64,000 bases of DNA from Planctomycetota bacterium (GCA_965223845.1 CBDCXR010000004.1:7712001-7776000); one strand, 5' to 3'; positions 51,825-61,022 are shown, counted from the stretch's first letter. A program made the numbers and translations. The notes: generated by a model not told the origin, from the sequence alone.

Positions 51825-53075
51825 GTGAAACCGATCGTCTTCATCAGTCACAGTACGGCGGAAGCGGACGCGGCGGGGCGAACGTGGATCGAAACGCTCT
51901 GCACGCGGCTCGAGGGTGCCGGTTACGACCCCAAGGTCGATTTTCGCGATATCGATGCCGGGCACGACTGGAACTCCGACATCGACGAGTGGATGGACGA
52001 GTGCCACGCCGCCGTCCTTCTTCTCTCGGAGCGCGCGCTTCGCTCGGAGTGGGTGAGGAAGGAAGTGACGATCCTCATCTGGCGGCTCGGTCGCGAGAAG
52101 GAATTTAGCGTGCTTCCGTTTCTTGCTCCGGATTTGGGGAGCAATCGGGACGAGAAACTCGCCGCGCTGAGGGCTGCGTATCCGGCCCTCTTCCTCGACC
52201 GAATTCAGATGAAGGAAGGTCTCGATCACGACGCGATCACGCAGACGGTTCGCGACGAGGTCACACAGCCGTACGAAGATACGCCGTTTGAGAAACTCGT
52301 CGAGTATCTAACGGTCCGCATCAAGGAGTGCGACGCCACGCTCCTCGATCGTCTCGTCGTCGATCTCGGCCGTACCCCTCCCGGATGGCGCGCGGGCAAG
52401 GACAGCTCGGAGCGGTGCGCCGACGTCATCGCGCGCTGCGCTCTCCACGGCGAGTGGGGCAACCTCGCGAATGGTCTCGCCGACCTCGACGAGCGACTCC
52501 AACAGGGACGGGTCGACGCGAGTGGACGTTCCGAGATCCTTCACGCGCTCTCGCCGCTCTGGGTTCCGGCCGACGCCTCCGCCGGACTTTCCGCGACGGA
52601 CGCCTCTGCGGATCGGTGGGCCGTCGCGCTGAACGGTGAGTACGTTCTCCTCTACACGTCGCTCATGTACATCGAGCGTGCGTACCCGCTCGTCCAGCAG
52701 AAGCGCTGCTGCGTTGTCGAGCATCTCCAGCAGGGAGGGGATCAGCTCGTCGAGCTCAGAGCGCGAATTTGGGAAGTTCTCGAGACGGAATTTCCCCGTC
52801 GCTCTCGCGAACGAATCGTCGATCGGCTCAGGCGTCGGTCACAGCCGATCTTCATCACGATTCCGTCGTTTGAATGGGGGGACAAGATCGATCAGACACT
52901 GAGCGCGCTCGAGAGCGATTTTCCTAACGTGACGTTCGTCCTCGACACGGGCCGTGAGCAGCCTGGCACTCCCGCTCCGCGAGGGACCCAGTTCCTCGAT
53001 CCGCCGGTCGACCTCGACCGTGAGGCGAACAATCTCGACTTGTACGAAAACGTAAAAGATGCGATTGGCCTTTGA
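51825..53075 (+). CDS. TIR-domain protein with uncharacterised C-terminal domains (vMAP/iSTAND-like position in a MoxR-vWA system)
   Basis: IVFISHS..D..I.AG.DW...I..AVLLLS..AL.SEWVRKE (catalytic-position Glu present). Confidence 0.8.
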   Translation: MKPIVFISHSTAEADAAGRTWIETLCTRLEGAGYDPKVDFRDIDAGHDWNSDIDEWMDECHAAVLLLSERALRSEWVRKEVTILIWRLGREKEFSVLPFLAPDLGSNRDEKLAALRAAYPALFLDRIQMKEGLDHDAITQTVRDEVTQPYEDTPFEKLVEYLTVRIKECDATLLDRLVVDLGRTPPGWRAGKDSSERCADVIARCALHGEWGNLANGLADLDERLQQGRVDASGRSEILHALSPLWVPADASAGLSATDASADRWAVALNGEYVLLYTSLMYIERAYPLVQQKRCCVVEHLQQGGDQLVELRARIWEVLETEFPRRSRERIVDRLRRRSQPIFITIPSFEWGDKIDQTLSALESDFPNVTFVLDTGREQPGTPAPRGTQFLDPPVDLDREANNLDLYENVKDAIGL

Positions 53076-53090
53076 AGCCTAGAGGTCCTC

Positions 53091-54104
53091 GTGAGCTTTC
53101 AAAAACCCCACTTCGATCCCCAAGCCGCCGAGGGCGGCAAGCGTCACGCCGCGTCGAAGACGGTGACGTTTCGCTGGAGTGAAGAACCCGGCGACGTCTA
53201 TGTCTACTCGGACGAAATCATCCTCACGGTGAACGCCGCGATGGCCGCATCCCGGCCGCTCCTCGTGAGCGGGGATCCGGGGACGGGCAAAACCACGCTC
53301 GCGCGAGGGATCGCCGAGGTTTTGGAGCGCAAGTACTACAAGCGCGTCGTCACGTCGCGGACGAAGGCGACTGACCTCGCTTGGCGTTTCGATGCGCTGA
53401 AGCGTCTCAGCGAAGCTCAGGCCGCGACCAAGGACGAGCCGCTCCTCCCGCGGGCGGCGTTCGTCGAGCCCGAGGCCCTCTGGTGGTGCTTTGACCCTTC
53501 GACGGCAACCCAGCGCGGCGCGACGACCATCGAGGAGGCGAAGATCCAGCAACGCCAGGAGGATCTCCTTCCGGCGAAAGATCCCGATGACCGGCACGAC
53601 CGAACGGACGCCGTGCTCCTCATCGACGAGATCGACAAGGCGGAGCCGGACGTCCCGAACGATCTCCTCGAAACGCTCGACGAGCGGCGGTTCACCGTGA
53701 CCGATCTCGACACTCCGCGAGAGATCAACGCTGGAGATCGGAAGCCGTTCGTGATGATCACGACGAACGGAGAACGCGATCTTCCGCCGGCATTCATTCG
53801 TCGGTGCGCGTCTATCGAGCTTCCAGCACCGGATGAAGATTGGCTCGTCCGAGTCGCAAACGAGCACGACAGCGAGGGGTCGAAGGCGTTCCATCGCGAA
53901 GTTGCCAAGCGCATAGTCGCACTCGCAAAGGCCGCGAAAGAGCGCAACCAGCGTCCACCGAGCACGGCCGAGTTTCTCGACACGCTCGAAGCGTGCCGTG
54001 ATCTCGGCATCAAGAGTGCGTCTCACGCGCAATGGAAGACTCTCCTCGAGGCGATGGCCTGGAAGCGAACCGACAGCATGCCCGAGCTCGTGGAGGAGAC
54101 GTGA
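53091..54104 (+). CDS. MoxR-family AAA+ ATPase (conflict-system type)
   Basis: RPLLVSGDPGTGKT, FDALKRL, VLLIDEIDKA..PNDLL, ITTNGERDLP.AF.RRC, PSTAEFLD. Confidence 0.9.
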   Translation: MSFQKPHFDPQAAEGGKRHAASKTVTFRWSEEPGDVYVYSDEIILTVNAAMAASRPLLVSGDPGTGKTTLARGIAEVLERKYYKRVVTSRTKATDLAWRFDALKRLSEAQAATKDEPLLPRAAFVEPEALWWCFDPSTATQRGATTIEEAKIQQRQEDLLPAKDPDDRHDRTDAVLLIDEIDKAEPDVPNDLLETLDERRFTVTDLDTPREINAGDRKPFVMITTNGERDLPPAFIRRCASIELPAPDEDWLVRVANEHDSEGSKAFHREVAKRIVALAKAAKERNQRPPSTAEFLDTLEACRDLGIKSASHAQWKTLLEAMAWKRTDSMPELVEET

Positions 54105-55225
54105 CCGCTTCCGCGTCGCTAGCACGCCACGAGTCGGAGGGCCCCGACCGCCACCGAGTGAAGCCGCGAGGTGACGTCTCCCTCGGTGATCTTCTTCGGG
54201 CGATCGCTGCGCTCGGACTCCAGAAGAAGACTACTGATCGACGCGCTCACCTCGATCGGACCGTCGCGGCGCTCGGCCTCCCGGTCGAGCCGAAAGGGGC
54301 GCGCACGAGCGAGAGCGACGACGCGGAGCAAAGAACGCCGAGGCCTCCGGAGGGCGACGAGCACCGCCCGCAGTGGAAGCCGCCCGAGGAGCGAGTTCGA
54401 TCCGCGCCGCCGATTCCCGAGCCGAGAGACGTCGAGGAAACCGAGACGCCGCGTCCGGTTCGCCTTCTCAGGATCCAGTCCGTCCGTACGACCGCGACGC
54501 TCGCGCCGTGGACTCGTGCGAATGCGAAGCCGATGGACGAGCCGACCGCCGAGTCGTACCGCGACCCCGAGCCGCGCCCCCTCTTCGAGCCGCGTCTCGC
54601 GCGCTCGATTCTCGGCGCGGTCGCGCGGACGCGCGACCCCAGTTGCGACATCGATGTCGAGCAACTGGCGGACGACATCGCGCACGCACGACCGGTTACG
54701 GAGTTGCCGTTCGAGGTGGAATGGAGTCTCCGCCGCGGACTCCAGCTCCTCGTCGACCGCGGGAAGGGAATGGCGCCGTTCGCCTCGGACTGCGAGCGCA
54801 TTCGCGACGACCTCGACGCCGTCCTCGCCGACGACGCGTTTGACGTCCAGGAATTCGAGGGAAGCCCGACGCGGGGAGTGCTCGTCGACTGGTTCGAAAT
54901 CGACGACGACGATGATGATGATGACGATGATGGTACGGCTCCCTGGACGCCGCCCGTCGATGGGCGTCCGATCGTCGTCCTCAGCGATCTCGGTCTCGCT
55001 CCGATCTCTTCGATCGCGCGCGCGTCGAGTCGCGAATGGCGGGAATTCGGCGAGCGGGCGCGCCGAGCCGGCTCACCCGTAGTCTGCCTGAGTCCATATT
55101 CCACCGAGCGAACGCGTACCGTCGCGGGCGACGCGATGGAGTGTTTCCACTGGGACCGCTCAACCGGTACGAGCGAGGTCGCTCGTGTCCTCCGGCGCCT
55201 CCGCATTCGAGGTCACGGGAGGTGA
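54101..55225 (+). CDS. Divergent vWA-like partner of MoxR with Pro-rich linker and Asp10 tract
   Basis: IDVEQL..IA..RP..LP, LQLLVDRG.GMAPF, IVVLSDLG typical of the vWA component; GTGA overlap with the MoxR stop. Confidence 0.7.
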   Translation: MTASASLARHESEGPDRHRVKPRGDVSLGDLLRAIAALGLQKKTTDRRAHLDRTVAALGLPVEPKGARTSESDDAEQRTPRPPEGDEHRPQWKPPEERVRSAPPIPEPRDVEETETPRPVRLLRIQSVRTTATLAPWTRANAKPMDEPTAESYRDPEPRPLFEPRLARSILGAVARTRDPSCDIDVEQLADDIAHARPVTELPFEVEWSLRRGLQLLVDRGKGMAPFASDCERIRDDLDAVLADDAFDVQEFEGSPTRGVLVDWFEIDDDDDDDDDDGTAPWTPPVDGRPIVVLSDLGLAPISSIARASSREWREFGERARRAGSPVVCLSPYSTERTRTVAGDAMECFHWDRSTGTSEVARVLRRLRIRGHGR

Positions 55226-55232
55226 GCCGGGG

Positions 55233-58200
55233 ATGACGATGCGAGAGCGCGCCGAGAGAACGATTCGTCGTTTCTACGAACGTCGACCGAATGCGTTTGA
55301 GCTCGCCCGCGTCGCATCGCTCGCCGTTCGCGTCGACGCGGCGCTCCTCCGCGCGCTCCGGATCGATCTCCTTCGCGGCGTTCCCGCCGGCGCGGAAGCC
55401 GACGTTTGGTTCTCGCCGCTCGTCGCCGCACCGGGCGCGACCGGCTTCGTGTTCGACCGCGGCGTCTGCGACCTCCTCCGGCTCGATCTCGCTCAGGATC
55501 AGACGCTTCTTCGACGGGCGTACGACATCGTGAGCGAGGTCCACTCGGGTGCGCCGCCGTCCCAGCAGATCGAGGAGCGCCTCATCTACTACGGGCTTCT
55601 TGACGATCCCGGATCGAACGATGAACTCACTGCGACCTTCTACGAAGCCCTCGCAGCACTTACCGCTAACAAGAAGCGAGGCGGAGAGGTCGCGCGCTGG
55701 GCGGCGCGAGCGCTTCCCGGTCTCCCGGCAAATGCACAGACCAACACTGCCGCTCACCTCCTCGACGTCGGCAGCGCAGCGAGGCTCCGCGGCGCGGCGA
55801 TTCTCGATCGCGAGCTCACGCGCTTCGCGGCACCCGCGACCCTCCGGCACGTCCTCCCGCGCACGTCGAAGAAAAAGATCGGCATCCGCGTCTACGACGG
55901 CGTCTTCGAGATCGTCGAATCGGGCCGTGACGCGAGCACGGCGATCGAAGTGCCCGACGTACCGGGGTCCTACCTGACGCTCAAGTGGCGAGCGTATCTC
56001 CCGCGCGAGGGACGTCGAACGATCCTTGCCCAGCCGGGCGAACGGGTTTCGATTCCGCGGAATCGGAGGGAACTGCTCGACGACGCGCTCGAGCGCCTTG
56101 CGGACGAATGCGATCTGACAACGGCGGCGTACTATCACCGCGGCGCGAACTCGAACGCGCTCCTCTTGACCGCCGTCTTCCAGCGCGATCCGGGAGGACT
56201 CGAGGTCAAGCCGCGTCTCGCCTACAGTCCGCTCATCTCGGAGGCCGTTCGTTCCACGGGGTCGATCGTTCAGCCTGACCTCGAGGAAACGATGCTCGCG
56301 GACGATCCCGCTTTCGCGATCGGCGTCGACGGCGAAGACGACGCCCACGGCGTTTTCGCCGCATGGCAGCCTCCTCCGAGCACCGAGCGAGAACAGAATC
56401 GCCTCGTGCGAGGCGCGAAACGTCTCGGAAAGATCGTCGAAGCGTGGCCGATTCGCGTCCGCACGATGGAGGGCGACGAGTTCGCGCTCGAGCTCCTCGA
56501 TGAGCGAGACGAAGAGGCGGACGACGATTCCCGTGAGAACGTAGCGGAGCCCGAGGTCGAATCGGAGGACGATGCGAAAGCCGCCGAGCAGCTTCGCCTC
56601 GGGACGTTCACTGTGGAGATCCCCGAAAGCGCGGATGTCGGGTTTTTTCTTTCGCCGACGCACGGCCTGACGATCTCCCGCGATTACGAACCGGGAATGA
56701 CTCTCCGGGCGAGCTACGGTGGCGCGTTCCACGAGGTGCGAGTGCTTCACGTGGAGGTCGATCCAGGTGAAGACGAGGCGGAGCGGCTCCAAGAGTCTCG
56801 CGTGTCCAACGCTCAGATTGCGGCCGAGCGCGACAGTGGGCGCCCACTCATGGCGGTGATCGAATTCGACTCGCCAGTTCGGTCGATTCAGGTCCTCCCG
56901 CGACTCCGCGAGCGCCGATCGCTCGAAACTGGCGCCCGTTGGTTCACGATCGCGCGGGCCGAGCTCGATGGCGGACTTCGTTCGGGCACGATCGAGCGGT
57001 TCGACGCGGAGGACACCGAGGTCGTGCTCCGCTCTCCGACGCCCATCCTCGGCGAGGTTACCGACGGCGCACCGATCATCGTCGACGGCACGGTCGTCGG
57101 AGTCGTGTCGGCGGTCGGAGCCATCGACCGTCCGGGAGCGACCGAAACAGAGTACCGGGTCGTCGCGATCCCGATTTGGCGCCTTCGGCGTCTGCTCGAC
57201 GAGATTCCGTACGACGCGTACTTCTCCTATCACCCCGACGATCGCGACGCTGCGAACGAACTCGCGGAGGCGCTCAGAGACCGTGGACTCCGCATTTGGA
57301 CTCCCGAAAGCGAGCTCTCCGCGGGCAAGGACTGGAAGTCGAGCGAGACGACGGCGCTCACGCGCTCGAAATCCGCGGTCCTCTTCTTCTCCGAGAGTCG
57401 AACGCGCTGGAAGGTCGACGTAGATCTCGACGTCGCAACGAAGCTTGCGGAAACCGAGCCCGCCTTCGATGTGTTGCCCGTGGTCTTTCCACCGGTCGGC
57501 ATCGAGCATCTGCCCGCGGGAGTCCGCACGCGGCAGATCTACACATTCGATTCGAGTGCCGCCGAAAAACTCGCGGACGAGATCTTCGCGCGTATCGCTC
57601 GGCCCGTCGCGGCGGAGGATGCTACGGAGGAGCCCGAGGCGACAGATCTTCCGACCTGGAAAGAAGCGATCGAAGCGATTCGTTCGAGCAAGCAGTACGA
57701 CGGGCTCGAGCTGAAGCCGCAGGACGGCCTCCAGCCACTCGGACCCGACCCGGAGAGCGGACTCTGGGAGTTCCTGCACGTCGAGACGGGCGAGCCGCCC
57801 GAGCGAGATTCCCACGGAAGGACCGTTCCTACGGCCGCGATGGGGATCGTGCTGGTGCTTCTTCCGGGCGGACGGTTTTGGATGGGGTCGCAGAAACCGC
57901 CCGTCGGCGCGACGACCTCTTCGGTCGGGGGCGGACGGCCTTTTCAGAATCAGGATCCGGATTCCCGCGAGAATGAGCGTCCGGTCCACGAGGTCGAGCT
58001 CAGCCCGTTCTTTATCGCGAAGTACCAGCTCACCGAGGCGCAGTGGTCGCGATCGACTGCGATGCCCTCTTCTGAGGAAAGGTCCGAAGGAACGACCACG
58101 GCCAAGGTCGAACCCAAGTCGCAGAACGCATTAGAGTACTGCGCCACTCAAGGATTGACGCTGCCGACCGAGGCGCAATGGGAGTACGCGTGCCGAGCTG

Positions 58201-58559
58201 GCACCTACACGCCGTACAGCGGAACAGGAAACCTCGACGAGATGGGCTGGTACGAGAAAAACAGCGGCGATCGGATCCACAACGTCGGCGAGAAGCGACC
58301 CAATCACTGGGGCCTCTACGACGTTCACGGAAACGTATGGGAATGGTGCGTGGACCAATTCGATCACGAGTTCTACTCGCGGGAGGAAGCGACGAGGCGC
58401 GATCCGACCTGCGACGAAGGACGCTCCGGTGGCCGGGTGCTGCGGGGCGGCGGCTTCGACGATTTCGCCGAGCTAACTCGCTCGGCTTTCCGTATCGGGG
58501 ACGCGCCGGAGGCTCGCAACCTCAACGTGGGTTTTCGCCCCGTGAGAACGATCGACTAA
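55233..58559 (+). CDS. Multidomain effector: helical N-terminus, GAF-like, degenerate trypsin-like, TIR, C-terminal FGE-sulfatase (FGS/SUMF1) domain
   Basis: YDAYFSYH..D TIR start; LPGGRFWMGS, E.P.HEV.LSPF.I.KY.LT, LPTEAQWEYACRAG, N.WGLYD.HGNVWEW, RVLRGG, GFRP. Confidence 0.82.
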   Translation: MTMRERAERTIRRFYERRPNAFELARVASLAVRVDAALLRALRIDLLRGVPAGAEADVWFSPLVAAPGATGFVFDRGVCDLLRLDLAQDQTLLRRAYDIVSEVHSGAPPSQQIEERLIYYGLLDDPGSNDELTATFYEALAALTANKKRGGEVARWAARALPGLPANAQTNTAAHLLDVGSAARLRGAAILDRELTRFAAPATLRHVLPRTSKKKIGIRVYDGVFEIVESGRDASTAIEVPDVPGSYLTLKWRAYLPREGRRTILAQPGERVSIPRNRRELLDDALERLADECDLTTAAYYHRGANSNALLLTAVFQRDPGGLEVKPRLAYSPLISEAVRSTGSIVQPDLEETMLADDPAFAIGVDGEDDAHGVFAAWQPPPSTEREQNRLVRGAKRLGKIVEAWPIRVRTMEGDEFALELLDERDEEADDDSRENVAEPEVESEDDAKAAEQLRLGTFTVEIPESADVGFFLSPTHGLTISRDYEPGMTLRASYGGAFHEVRVLHVEVDPGEDEAERLQESRVSNAQIAAERDSGRPLMAVIEFDSPVRSIQVLPRLRERRSLETGARWFTIARAELDGGLRSGTIERFDAEDTEVVLRSPTPILGEVTDGAPIIVDGTVVGVVSAVGAIDRPGATETEYRVVAIPIWRLRRLLDEIPYDAYFSYHPDDRDAANELAEALRDRGLRIWTPESELSAGKDWKSSETTALTRSKSAVLFFSESRTRWKVDVDLDVATKLAETEPAFDVLPVVFPPVGIEHLPAGVRTRQIYTFDSSAAEKLADEIFARIARPVAAEDATEEPEATDLPTWKEAIEAIRSSKQYDGLELKPQDGLQPLGPDPESGLWEFLHVETGEPPERDSHGRTVPTAAMGIVLVLLPGGRFWMGSQKPPVGATTSSVGGGRPFQNQDPDSRENERPVHEVELSPFFIAKYQLTEAQWSRSTAMPSSEERSEGTTTAKVEPKSQNALEYCATQGLTLPTEAQWEYACRAGTYTPYSGTGNLDEMGWYEKNSGDRIHNVGEKRPNHWGLYDVHGNVWEWCVDQFDHEFYSREEATRRDPTCDEGRSGGRVLRGGGFDDFAELTRSAFRIGDAPEARNLNVGFRPVRTID

Positions 58560-58606
58560 CCCGACGCTCTCGATCAAGCTCCGGTTCAAATCCTCCTCTC
58601 CCTCTC

Positions 58607-58651
58607 TCCCCTTCCTCTGCCTTCGCGTCCCCTTCGCGCCCTTCGTGTGAA
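58607..58651 (-). repeat. Repeat copy D (right end of TIR-MoxR island, inverted)
   Basis: Minus strand TTCACACGAAGGGCGCGAAGGGGACGCGAAGGCAGAGGAAGGGGA; shares the AGAGGAAGGGGA tail with copy C. Confidence 0.85.
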
Positions 58652-58687
58652 CCTCTTCCTCTCCCTCTTTCGCTTCCGCTTCCCCAC

Positions 58688-59746
58688 TCAAAACCGAACC
58701 CCCAACCCCCCGCTCACGAAGAAACTCTGATGCGACCCCGCATCATCGTCGAGCGGAGAATCTCCACCATCCGGCGCGTCCGACGTCCGATACGACACCG
58801 AAGTGAACACCGAGCCCCAGCTCCACAGGTACTCGAGCCCCAGGTCGACGCTTCCCGTCGTCACCACCGACGACTCGTAGAAGTCGCCGCTCCGCACGCC
58901 ATCGATCGACACTTCGGTGTCATCGTAGAAGAGTGCGCCGGTTGTTCCCTGAAGGAAGAAGCGGAAACCCGTCGAGTGAATGTCTTCGTCGAAGAGGATG
59001 CGCTTCAACTCGTCGAAATCGCCAAAGGATCCGAGGAGCGCGAACGGCGCTGACAGCCGGACACCCGCGTGCACCGACGTCGAATCGAGGTCGCCGAACG
59101 ACACGCGTGAGCCGTCGATCGTTCGTGTCCGACCGGCGTGGGATTCGAACGCGCCGCCGACGAGGACGGTCAGCACCGGTACGGGCTGGAGCCCGAGATC
59201 GACGCCCGCACGGATCCCGTCGCGAAAGAGTCCGCGGTAACTGCGCTCGCCGCCGTCGCCGAAGGTCCCGAGCGCGTACCCGAAGTGGGGGAGAAGGCGG
59301 AACCGCCAGCCGGCGTCGCGCTCGCCGTCGTCGTGACCGGGATCGATGCGGATGCTCTTCTCTCGGAGAACGCCCGAGTCATCGAAGACGAACTGAAGCT
59401 CGTTCGTATCCTCCGAACCCTCGCCGACTCGGAGGAACGTATGCTGATATCCGAAGAGAGGCGTCGGGATGCGAAAACGAAGACCGACGTCGAGCTCGTC
59501 GCGGTACGAATAAAAGAGCCGATCTTCATCGCCCGTCCACTCGAGACGTGTCGGGGCACCGAGAGCGTCGAGCGTCTCGCCGAGCGTCGCCTCGTCGACG
59601 GCGAGCTCGTCGTACGCTTTCTTGTCGATCGGTGATTCCGAGCGCATCCGGATGACGTCGATCCGACATCCGGTCGCCGCGAGAAGGGCGATGAGCCCGA
59701 AATAAGTTGCGGCGAGACGGCTGCGCCGGCGGGCGCGACGAATCAT
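58688..59746 (-). CDS. Lipoprotein with BamE/SmpA-like domain fused to a probable outer-membrane beta-barrel
   Basis: Lipobox AATGC; T..ETL..LGAP..Y.Y..L..VFD..GV; alternating beta strands ending GLGVRF. Confidence 0.6.
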   Translation of the reverse strand: MIRRARRRSRLAATYFGLIALLAATGCRIDVIRMRSESPIDKKAYDELAVDEATLGETLDALGAPTRLEWTGDEDRLFYSYRDELDVGLRFRIPTPLFGYQHTFLRVGEGSEDTNELQFVFDDSGVLREKSIRIDPGHDDGERDAGWRFRLLPHFGYALGTFGDGGERSYRGLFRDGIRAGVDLGLQPVPVLTVLVGGAFESHAGRTRTIDGSRVSFGDLDSTSVHAGVRLSAPFALLGSFGDFDELKRILFDEDIHSTGFRFFLQGTTGALFYDDTEVSIDGVRSGDFYESSVVTTGSVDLGLEYLWSWGSVFTSVSYRTSDAPDGGDSPLDDDAGSHQSFFVSGGLGVRF

Positions 59747-59749
59747 GCG

Positions 59750-60175
59750 CTACTTCCCGAACGGAAAGCCGTAGGAGGCGTCTTCCGCGCGGAACGTCGC
59801 GCCGACGTGCGTCACCTTGCCGGCCTCATCGAAGAAGACGACGACGCGGTCGCTCTTCTCGTCGGAGTTTCCGAAGTTGACGAGCGCGAGCGAGATCACG
59901 CTGAACTTCGTGGTCGAGTGATCGTAGATATACGCGTGCTCGCGCAGCGGATCGTGCTCCCGATTGCTGAAGACGATTTCCTGCGGCGCGCCGAGGAGCC
60001 GAGTGACGTCGGCCTTCGTCGAGTTCTGGGTGATCTGGCTCACCGCCTCGGGGGACAAACGGTGGTCGACCTGCCGCCGCGCGAACGCAAGGCAACCCGT
60101 GAGAGACGGAAGAACTCCGATGACGGTGAGGCTGAGTAGCAGTCGATACACTCCGGTGCTCCTTTCGGGTGTCAC
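59750..60175 (-). CDS. BamE/SmpA-like lipoprotein
   Basis: Lipobox LTGC; TKADV..LLGAP, YIY, VVVFFDEAGKV. Confidence 0.7.
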   Translation of the reverse strand: MTPERSTGVYRLLLSLTVIGVLPSLTGCLAFARRQVDHRLSPEAVSQITQNSTKADVTRLLGAPQEIVFSNREHDPLREHAYIYDHSTTKFSVISLALVNFGNSDEKSDRVVVFFDEAGKVTHVGATFRAEDASYGFPFGK

Positions 60176-60324
60176 CCTTCAGCGCGGTGGCGCCTGAGTT
60201 CGAGTTGGCGGTAAATCAGCGAGCGCGAGGGCGCGAGGATCGTCGAGGACAAGTTCAGTGAAGGCGGCGGTGCTGGAGGTTTCCGTGGACTGAACGGGAC
60301 ATCGGACGGACCGCCGAATTCGAA

Positions 60325-60732
60325 CTAAGACCCTTCGATCCACTCGTACCCGTCCGGGTACATCTCTTTCTTCCAGATCGGCACGCGCTCTTTGAGCGTG
60401 TCGATCGCGTAGCGCAAGGCGTCGAAACCCTCGGCGCGGTGCGCCGAGGCGACCGCGATGAAAACGCTCGTCTCTCCGACTTCTAAGTAGCCGACCCGGT
60501 GGACGATCTCAACGTTCGATCCCGGCCAGCGCTCGCGCACTTCCGCTTCGATGGCTTCCATTTCGCGCGTTGCCATCGCGCCGTACGCGTGGTAGTCGAT
60601 GCCGGTGACCGCTTTCCCGCGGTGGTGATCGCGCACCGTGCCGGCGAATGTGAGCACCGCGCCGGCGCCCGCGCTGGCGACGTCGCGCGTCGCGCGCTCG
60701 GGATCGATCGTTTCGGAGACGAGACGAGCCAC
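60325..60732 (-). CDS. moaE: Molybdopterin synthase catalytic subunit
   Basis: GAVLTFAGTVR, HRVG.L.VGE, SAHR.EGF, LKERVPIWKKE. Confidence 0.93.
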   Translation of the reverse strand: MARLVSETIDPERATRDVASAGAGAVLTFAGTVRDHHRGKAVTGIDYHAYGAMATREMEAIEAEVRERWPGSNVEIVHRVGYLEVGETSVFIAVASAHRAEGFDALRYAIDTLKERVPIWKKEMYPDGYEWIEGS

Positions 60733-60744
60733 GGCGCTCCGGCG

Positions 60745-60990
60745 TCAACCGCCGCTCACGGGAGGGATCAGGGCGAGCACCGCGCCGTCGCGAAGCGGAG
60801 TGTCGGCGGAGACGAACTCTTCGTCGAGAGCGGTGCGACAGCTCGCGATCGCGCCCGCGAGGTCGGGATTCTCCTTCGTGAGGCGTGCGACAGCGTCTTC
60901 GACCGTCGAGTCGGGAGGGACTTCGAGGGAATGCTCGTTCGTGCGAGCGAGCTCGCGGAGGCGTGCGAAATAGAGGACGCGAATTTGCAT
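60745..60990 (-). CDS. moaD: Molybdopterin synthase sulfur carrier
   Basis: MQIRVLYFARLRE...ALIPPVSGG with C-terminal di-Gly. Confidence 0.93.
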   Translation of the reverse strand: MQIRVLYFARLRELARTNEHSLEVPPDSTVEDAVARLTKENPDLAGAIASCRTALDEEFVSADTPLRDGAVLALIPPVSGG

Positions 60991-61022
60991 CGGGGGACTC
61001 TCGGTTCGTCGACCAGGAGAGT

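Noticed and set aside
57800-58559. FGS/CLec domain as a diversity-generating retroelement target, or as maturase for the sulfatase
   Set aside because: No reverse transcriptase or template repeat is visible in the window, and the catalytic Cys pair of true FGE is not evident in the C-terminal motif
49180-58651. CRISPR array or classical IS/transposon interpretation of the four repeats
   Set aside because: Copies are inverted, degenerate and separated by 0.6-7 kb; no cas or transposase gene and no obvious target-site duplication
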